Source of the DNA: Trichormus sp. ATA11-4-KO1
GTDB taxonomy: Bacteria; Cyanobacteriota; Cyanobacteriia; Cyanobacteriales; Nostocaceae
Reading direction: 5' to 3'
Length of the DNA: 35,633 bases
Assembly (NCBI GenBank): GCA_019358915.1
Contig: JAHHIM010000040.1
Span: forward strand, 1-35,633
Of this stretch, positions 20,160 to 27,338 are shown one piece after another (the first letter of the stretch is position 1; each line of letters starts with the position of its first letter). The position numbers and the translations under genes are program-made. The notes under the pieces are model-generated. The model was given only the letters and a program-made list of their open reading frames with translations, was not told the origin of the DNA and ran no database searches.

Positions 20160-20325
20160 CTTTAACCCACATTGGTAACAAAATAAATTCCTCTGGATTT
20201 TACCGTGTTTCCGCTTAAATTCTATTTATGGCTTGGACAACCTTTCGTTAGACATCGCTATGATTAATTTGATTATCCTTGAGCGATCGCTCAATCATGT
20301 GAACAGAAGTAAATAAATTTTGATT

Positions 20326-20532
20326 ATGACTCGCACTTTTACGGCAATTGTGTATTGGGAAGAAGATGTCTACGTAGCTGAGTGTCCAGAAGTGGGAACA
20401 GCTAGCCAAGGCGAAACCATAGAAGAGGCTATTGCTAATCTCAAAGAAGCAACTGAACTTTACCTAGAAGAAGTTTCTCTTCCTCAAACAAATCCGCGTT
20501 TGTTAACTACATTTGAGGTGAGAAGTGCCTAA
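20326..20532 (+). CDS. hicB: HicB family antitoxin (short form, no DNA-binding tail)
   Basis: YVAECPEVGTASQGETIEEAIANLKEATELYLE. Confidence 0.88.
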   Translation: MTRTFTAIVYWEEDVYVAECPEVGTASQGETIEEAIANLKEATELYLEEVSLPQTNPRLLTTFEVRSA

Positions 20533-20659
20533 GCTACCGCGAGTACCTGCTGCTGAAGTGATTCGTGCATTGGAACGCTTAGGGTTTGTCCAAACAAGAC
20601 AACGGGGAAGTCATGTAGTCTTAAAAAAGCAACTAGTTGATGAAAATGAGTTTGATTAA
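20525..20659 (+). pseudogene. hicA: HicA toxin, C-terminally truncated (44 aa)
   Basis: Not in the ORF track. GTG overlaps the hicB end; MPKLPRVPAAEVIRALERLGFVQTRQRGSHVVLKKQLVDENEFD*. Has the GSH motif but lacks the VP.H..L..GTL..IL half. Confidence 0.82.
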
Positions 20660-21032
20660 GTGGCTTTCTGCATTTTTATCTGAGATCGATGAGGCGGTGA
20701 GCGAAGATGTCGAACACCAGGTAGATAATCGGTTGAAACAGCAGAATACTTATTTTTGGGTTGATAGCACTCCAGTTTCAGTTGCGTCTAGTAAACAAGT
20801 GTTACCTACAATTGGTCGGATCAATTTAGCTTATACACCACCAGAGTATCGTCGTAAAGGATATGCCACTACCTGTGTCGCTGCATTAAGCCAAAAACTG
20901 CTAGACCAGGGATGCCGCCATTGTTTCCTTATAGCAGATTTAGCCAATCCCACAGCCAATCATGTTTATCAAGCGATTGGGTATCGCCCCCTAAGCGATT
21001 GGCACGAATACTCATTCACCTCCAAGCAGTAA
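20637..21032 (+). pseudogene. C-terminal half of a GNAT (FR47-like) acetyltransferase
   Basis: RINLAYTPPEYRRKGYA...LIADLANPTANHVYQAIGY; begins mid-domain inside the hicA remnant with no credible RBS. Confidence 0.7.
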
Positions 21033-21192
21033 GCATAATAAAGCAATCGCTTCCAGGCTTGGGAAATAAATCAAACCAGAAATATTAATTTTTTCATCAG
21101 CTCTTAACCTTGTTTGCCATTGAGAGTACTTTAGATGCGTTCACCCTGACAGTTTGTCAGCCTGTGGGCGTTTTCGCCAAATGGGGATATCC

Positions 21193-22548
21193 CTATTGAG
21201 TTGACACCGTTAACACCTGCGGTGGTGTAGCATCTGGCGGATAAATAAAGTCTACTTCTACTAATCTGCGATCGCCTGGTTGCATATTCAATAAAACCAA
21301 GGGTTCTCCTGGTTGACCTCTTCTTTGAACTAAATGAGTAAATTGGGTTTTTGCATGACCTTGGTCATCTTTGTAACGTACCCGCACTGACCCCCGGAAG
21401 AATACTTGTGGTGCTGTTGTTGTAAAGAAGCGTAATCCCTGTTTTACCAAATTATCTTCTTTGATTGGTGTCTGCACAGATACACTCACTTTTTGAGCAT
21501 TTTGTGTAGTGTTATGCAAAGGCAACTTGATACTATATTGAATGCCATAGTTGCCATGAGCGCGATAGGCGGTATCAGGATAACGTACCAGCATGGTAGC
21601 ACTCTGAATTTGATTAGTTCCTAAAGTACCACCATGCAAGCTACTCAGAGGGTAGGAAAACCTTTGTCCTGGTTGGGGAATCGTTAAATATTTAGCTTTG
21701 GGACTATCCACTACAAAGGACCTCCACTGAGAACCTTGAGCAACTCCCGCTACACGTCCATAAATTCTGGGTTTATCGGTTTCATCCAAGGGTGTGGGAA
21801 CTCTATCCCGTGGAGTTGATAATTCACCAGTTTCTAGTAAATTTTGCCACTCTGCTAAAGTCGGCGCGCGTTCACTACCATCAGCATTTTGCCGGGCAAA
21901 TAAAGCCATACTAGCTGCATAAACTGTGCCACTACTCCGCAAGCGCATTAATGTAGAGCGGCCATTTAAAGGCGGAGTTAATTCTTTTACTGGTATGGGC
22001 AGATTTAGCAACATCTGATTTTGCCCTGGGGGAATGACAATTTGGGCAGGGAAAGTCTCTTGTCGCCTTCCTCTCAGTACATCAGACGTGGCGCGATCGC
22101 CTGGCCCGGCGAAAATGTTACCTAAGATATTCTGACTCCAAGCTGGTAATTGAATAAATGGTGCATCTGGTTGACTTAAATAACTCGCCGCTTGCAAAAT
22201 ATTTACCGTCACTGGTTCTGAACCAGGGTTATGTAAAATGATTCCCAAATGCAGCGACCTTAAATCCTCTGGTGGTTCAGCCCTCGCAACATGATGAGCA
22301 AAAACATCAAATCGACCCCGAAACGGATAATTCAGATGCGCCTCTGGCACTTTTTTGCCATCTGCGGGAAACGTGGATAGTAAAATTCCCTCTTTCAATA
22401 CCAATTCTGGACTATTGCTGTTAAAAACAGGCACAGTATCCAGTTGTCCTGGTAAAGGACGTACTTCTTGGGATTGTACCACTTCTTCCGGGGGTGGCGT
22501 AGCTGGTGTTGATTGGGCGAGAGTGAAGCCTAGTAACAATGACAACAT
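21193..22548 (-). CDS. DUF3370-type cyanobacterial exported protein
   Basis: QEVRPLPGQLDTVPVFNSNSPE...GILLSTFP, AHGNYG, C-terminal YPPDATPPQVLTV. Confidence 0.8.
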   Translation of the reverse strand: MLSLLLGFTLAQSTPATPPPEEVVQSQEVRPLPGQLDTVPVFNSNSPELVLKEGILLSTFPADGKKVPEAHLNYPFRGRFDVFAHHVARAEPPEDLRSLHLGIILHNPGSEPVTVNILQAASYLSQPDAPFIQLPAWSQNILGNIFAGPGDRATSDVLRGRRQETFPAQIVIPPGQNQMLLNLPIPVKELTPPLNGRSTLMRLRSSGTVYAASMALFARQNADGSERAPTLAEWQNLLETGELSTPRDRVPTPLDETDKPRIYGRVAGVAQGSQWRSFVVDSPKAKYLTIPQPGQRFSYPLSSLHGGTLGTNQIQSATMLVRYPDTAYRAHGNYGIQYSIKLPLHNTTQNAQKVSVSVQTPIKEDNLVKQGLRFFTTTAPQVFFRGSVRVRYKDDQGHAKTQFTHLVQRRGQPGEPLVLLNMQPGDRRLVEVDFIYPPDATPPQVLTVSTQ

Positions 22549-22589
22549 AATACTTAGAAAATTTCTTCCCCCTAGAGACGCAGACGAAT

Positions 22590-23102
22590 TTATAAAAGTG
22601 CCAGATTGTTAATAATTAATAAGAAATCAGCCAAGATGCCTGGCAAATTTGCGGAATTTAACACTGGAACATGGACAAAAATACAATTTGCTGCGAGTTG
22701 ATTTTGACACAAGTAATTCAAAACTGAATAGTACAATCCTTCACAAACAAATTTACCGCAGTCGTAACTAATGTCAGTTGCTGTTGCTCCTGTTACTAAT
22801 TTTTCCACATCAACAACTGGGTGCAAAACACTTTCCCCAAAGCTAGCAACGGCTTCCAGACTGAGTTTTGTCCTACTAGCAGCCATGCCACAACAAATAA
22901 TATTATCGGGTTGCAGTTCAGAGATTTTTGGAATTACCTGTGAACTAGCCAGATTTACATCCACAGGTAAGCGCCGCAAAAATTTCAAATCATGAGGAAG
23001 CGAGTCAACTTTGATCACTTCCAGTAATAAATCATCCGCAGAATTTGACTGTTGATCACTCAACCAAATCTCAAAAGAAGTTAATAGTATTCTTTTCGCC
23101 AT
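22590..23102 (-). CDS. Pyroglutamyl-peptidase I (peptidase C15)-like protein
   Basis: ILLTSF, LPVD, ISYDCGKFVCEGLYY (catalytic Cys), IFVHVP (catalytic His). Confidence 0.85.
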   Translation of the reverse strand: MAKRILLTSFEIWLSDQQSNSADDLLLEVIKVDSLPHDLKFLRRLPVDVNLASSQVIPKISELQPDNIICCGMAASRTKLSLEAVASFGESVLHPVVDVEKLVTGATATDISYDCGKFVCEGLYYSVLNYLCQNQLAANCIFVHVPVLNSANLPGILADFLLIINNLALL

Positions 23103-23160
23103 CAGAAATATTATTTAGAATAGAAAAAGTCTCCATAATAAATTTACAAGGAGTCGGTCA

Positions 23161-23796
23161 ATGCCAGTCATTGCAGTCGTAGATTACGATATGGGAAATT
23201 TGCACTCAGTCTGCAAAGGTTTAGAAAAAGCTGGAGCTACTCCTAAGATTACTCATTCTCCTAAAGATTTGGCGCTGGCAGATGCAGTAGTCTTGCCAGG
23301 AGTAGGAGCATTTGATCCGGCAGTACAACACTTGCGAGCACGTGGTTTAGAACAACCCATTAAAGATACGATCGCATCTGGTAAACCCTTTTTAGGTATC
23401 TGTTTGGGATTGCAAATTTTGTTTGAATCAAGTGCAGAAGGTATCCAACCAGGACTGGGAATTGTCCCTGGAAAAGTCCGCCGATTCCGACCAGAACCAG
23501 GCATTACTATTCCGCACATGGGATGGAACCAACTAGAATTGACGCAACCAAAAAGCATTTTGTGGGAGCATTTACCAGCCGATCCTTGGGTATATTTTGT
23601 TCATTCTTACTATGTTGACCCAATTGACCCGCAAATTCGGGCTGCAACTGTTACCCACGGGACTCAAACTATCACAGCTGCAATCGCGCGGGAAAACCTG
23701 ACAGCCGTGCAATTTCATCCAGAAAAATCCTCGAATATCGGGTTGCAAATCCTGTCTAATTTTGTTGCTCAAGTCCGTGAAAAAATTGCTGCCTAA
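23161..23796 (+). CDS. hisH: Imidazole glycerol phosphate synthase, glutaminase subunit
   Basis: DYDMGNLHSV, LPGVGAF, GICLGLQ, PHMGWN, YFVHSY, QFHPEKS. Confidence 0.97.
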   Translation: MPVIAVVDYDMGNLHSVCKGLEKAGATPKITHSPKDLALADAVVLPGVGAFDPAVQHLRARGLEQPIKDTIASGKPFLGICLGLQILFESSAEGIQPGLGIVPGKVRRFRPEPGITIPHMGWNQLELTQPKSILWEHLPADPWVYFVHSYYVDPIDPQIRAATVTHGTQTITAAIARENLTAVQFHPEKSSNIGLQILSNFVAQVREKIAA

Positions 23797-23853
23797 TCCA
23801 ACTTTTAATTTGAGTTTTGTCGTTTGTTGTTTGTCCTTTGTCATGGTTTTTCC

Positions 23854-23902
23854 CAATGACTAATGACTCATGGCTAATGACCAATAACTAATGACTAATG
23901 AC
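23854..23902 (+). repeat. STRR-type heptamer array (YAATGAC)x7 overlapping the rsmD start
   Basis: caatgac taatgac tcatggc taatgac caataac taatgac taatgac; preceded by complementary TTTGTCN units at ~23816-23843. Confidence 0.8.
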
Positions 23903-24470
23903 ACTAAGAATTTACGGGAATCGCCAGATAAAAACTATACCAGGGCAAGCTACTAGACCCACCAGTGCGCGGGTAAGGGAAGCAGTGTTTAATATTTGGC
24001 AGGGAACAATTACCGGGTGTCGCTGGCTAGATGTGTGTACTGGTACTGGTTCAATGGGTGCAGAGGCTTTGTGTAGAGGCGCCAGCTTAGTAGTAGGAAT
24101 AGAAAAATCTAGTCGAGCCTGTGCCATTATTCAACAAAACTGGCAGCAGGTAGCCCATGGTGAACAGCAATGGAAACTCTGGCGCAAAGATGTTATCCAG
24201 CAGTTAAAAAACTTATCAGGTCAGCAATTTGACAAAATTTACTTTGATCCACCTTATGCTAGTGAATTGTATCAGCCAGTGTTAGAGGCGATCGCTGATC
24301 ATAATTTGTTAGCTGTGAATGGTGAAATAGCCGTAGAACACAATCCCCAAGGTTGGATACCGCCAGTCATACCCACCTGGGAAATTTGCCGCCAAAAGGT
24401 TTACGGTAATACTGCACTGACTTTCTATAGAATCATGGATGAAGGGAACGAAGGGAATAAGGGAGAGTAG
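23898..24470 (+). CDS. rsmD: 16S rRNA m2G966 methyltransferase
   Basis: TRPTSARVREAVFN, LDVCTGTGSMGAEALCRGA, FDPPY, YGNTALTFY. Confidence 0.93.
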   Translation: MTLRIYGNRQIKTIPGQATRPTSARVREAVFNIWQGTITGCRWLDVCTGTGSMGAEALCRGASLVVGIEKSSRACAIIQQNWQQVAHGEQQWKLWRKDVIQQLKNLSGQQFDKIYFDPPYASELYQPVLEAIADHNLLAVNGEIAVEHNPQGWIPPVIPTWEICRQKVYGNTALTFYRIMDEGNEGNKGE

Positions 24471-24948
24471 ATGCTGACAATTAGCCAAGCAAAACCGCAT
24501 GATATTGAAGACATTAAACTTTTTTACAGTCAGTGTGGTTATCCCTGTTTTGTCACTCTCGGAAAACAATAATCTCAGCCAAATTCTGAGACTTTGATTT
24601 AATCCAGGTTTGAGGCTTTATTTCCTAACAGAAACTAAAATTCATAGACGAAAAGTGGAAACTAAAGCACCGTAACCATTTGAGCGATTGGATTCTCCCA
24701 AAGTGACAAATGAGGGTTATGGAGGTGGTGTGAGCGATGAAGATTTAATACTTGTTGCTCAATTAGGAGAACTAATGGTTGGTGCAGTACGCTTATGCCC
24801 GGATAACGGCTTTCTTGTGCTTCGAGGTATGCAAGTTCTAGCTCCGTTTCAGCGTCAAAGCATTGGTACACAACTACTTCAGACATGTACAGAGCAACTG
24901 GCTGATCAAGCATGTTACTGTATTCCGTGGATGTTGCAGACTTGCTAG
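24471..24948 (+). pseudogene. GNAT acetyltransferase interrupted by a MITE and apparently 3'-truncated
   Basis: Removing 24543-24720 restores one frame: MLTISQAKPHDIEDIKLFYSQCGY|GGGVSDEDL...LRGMQVLAPFQRQSIGTQLL...CYCIPW. Ends at 99 aa without the usual FY..GF motif. Confidence 0.85.
24543..24716. mobile_element. 174-bp non-autonomous element (MITE) with 24-bp imperfect TIRs and TTAT target duplication
   Basis: Left end CCCTGTTTTGTCACTCTCGGAAAA versus right-end reverse complement CCCTCATTTGTCACTTTGGGAGAA (19/24); TTAT at 24539-24542 and 24717-24720. Confidence 0.9.
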
Positions 24949-26022
24949 CTAACGAACCAGATCCCAAATGGATTCTATATTATTCAATAATTGATTGATT
25001 TGCATTTGTAGTTTTTCTCGTAATTTTTGCGCCTGTTGATAAACTGCTGTCCGACTTTTGCTTGAATGTACTTTTTCTATAGGCTGGATAAAGTAACGCA
25101 AACGAGTTCTCATTGCCCAAACGCCCATTGAAGGAAATATGATTAAAACAAACATTAGCAAAGATACAGGCAAGAATGGTAAATTAAATAGTTGTTGTGA
25201 TTTTTTTATATTGATACTCCAAGGATGTAACGCTTCGCTACCGATGCAAACAACTGGCACAATCGGAATATGATAGCGATCGCTCAACTGCATAAAACTC
25301 ACATCAAACTTTTGTAGTTGATAGCGTTTACTCCAACCTTTAAGAGGACCGCGTAATCCTTCTGGTGCGTACAACAGAGTTTTACCTTGGGAAATTGCTG
25401 CTTCAAAATTAGCTTTATCTGCTCGCACAGCACCTAAAACTTGAGACCATTTCGGGGGTAACCACCAAATCACCCAAGGATGCTCAAATAATGAGACTTC
25501 TGCTATGGGTTGCACTACCCAACCTCGTGCTTTTCCTAATAAATAACCCAAGGTGATAAAGTCCCAAGGAAAACACATTCCCGCATGATTCATGGCCACA
25601 ATCATCGGCCCTGTGGACGGCAAATTATTAAGTTGTTGCAATTCCCCACGGAAATAATATTCAACTATGGGAGCCAGAATTTCTTCACGAAAAGCCTTTT
25701 GATAGTTAGGATTAAATTCATCAACTTCCTGTCGTGGTGAGCGACATCCCAAACGCAACCAGCGACTCAGCAGCGCTAAATAAAATCCCCCAGGAATTAA
25801 AAATAAACCATATTCCAGCCAATTCCAGCCATCTGGATCAGCGTGGTAATGCTGCCAATGACGATTGAATAAAATTAGCCAACCAGGAGGATACCACAGA
25901 CAAAACCAGTCAAACCAGCTAAATTGATATCCTTGTTTGGACGATGTTTCTAATTGGGTATGTATCAGGTTTTTAGAGTATTGATTAATCACAACTACTA
26001 AATAGATAACATAATGGTTCAT
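24949..26022 (-). CDS. Glycerolipid/lysophospholipid acyltransferase (PlsC superfamily)
   Basis: AMNHAGMCFPWD, YAPEG, HIPIVPVVCIG; the true start may lie slightly downstream. Confidence 0.85.
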   Translation of the reverse strand: MNHYVIYLVVVINQYSKNLIHTQLETSSKQGYQFSWFDWFCLWYPPGWLILFNRHWQHYHADPDGWNWLEYGLFLIPGGFYLALLSRWLRLGCRSPRQEVDEFNPNYQKAFREEILAPIVEYYFRGELQQLNNLPSTGPMIVAMNHAGMCFPWDFITLGYLLGKARGWVVQPIAEVSLFEHPWVIWWLPPKWSQVLGAVRADKANFEAAISQGKTLLYAPEGLRGPLKGWSKRYQLQKFDVSFMQLSDRYHIPIVPVVCIGSEALHPWSINIKKSQQLFNLPFLPVSLLMFVLIIFPSMGVWAMRTRLRYFIQPIEKVHSSKSRTAVYQQAQKLREKLQMQINQLLNNIESIWDLVR

Positions 26023-26037
26023 TGAATGAACATAAAA

Positions 26038-26066
26038 CTCATCCCTTCATGGGTGGGGATGTAAGC
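26038..26066 (+). mobile_element. Possible orphan IS200/IS605-family left-end hairpin remnant
   Basis: CTCATCC-cttcat-GGGTGGG-GATGTAAGC, a hairpin with two T:G pairs; TGGTACAAT follows; no tnpA/tnpB. Confidence 0.4.
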
Positions 26067-26331
26067 AAGCCAAAGAAGCTGGTACAATACAACTACCCAT
26101 GAGAAACATAACAATTCCGGGAAAAAAAGAAAAAGTGGTTTGTCTGTAATCATGGCAGTGGGTTTAACTCAGTAAATATCCTAGCCTGACAACTCCATAA
26201 CTTGTATCTGACTCAAGACGTAAAAATTATTACTTTATTTTTATTAATTTAGATTTTAAGTTTCTAGGAGTGGCGTTGATGTTATTAGAATTAAAGCGCA
26301 TCAGTGATTAATTAAGGTGTAATGTATTTTT

Positions 26332-26397
26332 CTTGGTGTCTTAGTGTCTTAGTGGTAAAAAAGAACTTTTGAACCACAAAGGCACAAAGACACAAAG
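26332..26397. repeat. Palindromic intergenic repeat with 8-nt units (same family as 8917-8966)
   Basis: CTTGGTGTCTTAGTGTCTTAGTGGT...ACCACAAAGGCACAAAGACACAAAG. Confidence 0.7.
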
Positions 26398-26456
26398 GTA
26401 GAAATCCTAAAATTTTGTCCAATACTACAGCCACTCGAATTTATTTGTGTATCTGA

Positions 26457-26873
26457 TCAAGCACAACATGTCTGCTGCAAATTTTTATCTGGTGCAGTAT
26501 CTCCTACCTTCACCACAAAAACTTCCCAACGATTGCTATCTGGATCTGTTACCCATACTTTGTCTTGTAAAGCATAGCAACACTCGGTATTTTCTTCAGT
26601 AAATGTTGCTAATCCTGAATCGGTAAAACGTTGTATGGCTGATTGCACTTGCTCTGTACTTTCAACTTGTACACCTAAATGAGACAATGCACCACCAGAT
26701 TGGACGTTAGTAGTTAGGTTCAGTGTCAGGTTTAATGCAGGATTGGGAATATCAAACTTGGCGTAGTCAGCCTTATATTTCACTGGTTCTACACCAAACA
26801 TTGCTCGATAAAAAGCCACAGACTTTTCAACGTCAGTTACATTCAAAGCCACATGAGTTTTTAACACTGCCAT
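26457..26873 (-). CDS. arsI: ArsI/CadI family VOC metalloenzyme (C-As lyase)
   Basis: HVALNV, LSHLG, ECCYALQDKVWVTDPD.NRWE (vicinal Cys pair; His/His/Glu ligands), C-terminal CC; arsenic gene context. Confidence 0.88.
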   Translation of the reverse strand: MAVLKTHVALNVTDVEKSVAFYRAMFGVEPVKYKADYAKFDIPNPALNLTLNLTTNVQSGGALSHLGVQVESTEQVQSAIQRFTDSGLATFTEENTECCYALQDKVWVTDPDSNRWEVFVVKVGDTAPDKNLQQTCCA

Positions 26874-26900
26874 AATTTGCGCTCCTGGTAAAATTATCTA

Positions 26901-26967
26901 ATATCGACGAGTGTCAATATTGATGTATATCAATATATTGCCAGAGTATATTGATGAATGTCAATAT
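26901..26967. promoter_or_regulatory. Three palindromic operators ATATTGAY-N4-RTCAATAT in the arsI/arsR divergent promoter
   Basis: ATATCGAC-gagt-GTCAATAT (26901-26920), ATATTGAT-gtat-ATCAATAT (26917-26936), ATATTGAT-gaat-GTCAATAT (26948-26967). Confidence 0.78.
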
Positions 26968-26973
26968 AAAAAT

Positions 26974-27321
26974 ATGAACTTTCCTCAACACATTTCCAAT
27001 TGTTGTCAGCCAATGCTATCAAGCTTCATCAAACCTGATGACGCTTTGCAAATAGCAGGTATTTTCCGAGTATTGGGAGAACCAGCTAGATTACAATTGC
27101 TGAGTTTTATCGCCAATCAACCAAAAGGTGAAGCCTGTGTCTGTGAGTTAACAGAACCTTTAGGACTATCCCAACCGACAGTTAGCCATCATCTCAAGGT
27201 GCTATACGCAGCTGGGTTGCTAAAAAAAGAACGACGCGGCACATGGATATACTATCAATTTGTGCCTGAGCAAATTGAAGCCTTGCAAAAGGCTTTAGCA
27301 CTACCAGATAAAACTCAATGA
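26974..27321 (+). CDS. arsR: ArsR/SmtB family repressor
   Basis: FRVLGEPARLQLL, EACVCEL, SQPTVSHHLKVL, ERRGTWIYY; N-terminal CC. ATG at 26974 preferred because the longer ORF runs through the operators. Confidence 0.92.
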   Translation: MNFPQHISNCCQPMLSSFIKPDDALQIAGIFRVLGEPARLQLLSFIANQPKGEACVCELTEPLGLSQPTVSHHLKVLYAAGLLKKERRGTWIYYQFVPEQIEALQKALALPDKTQ

Positions 27322-27338
27322 AAATTCCCAATTCACGC

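Noticed and set aside
23816..23902. Tandem repeats as a CRISPR array
   Set aside because: 7-nt units with no unique spacers and no cas genes. No CRISPR array was seen anywhere in the window.
24688..24948. 86-aa ORF as an independent gene
   Set aside because: Its start codon lies inside the MITE; it is the 3' part of the interrupted GNAT.
26911..26973. Longer arsR N-terminus from the ORF track
   Set aside because: It runs through the operator palindromes; ATG 26974 gives a normal-sized ArsR.
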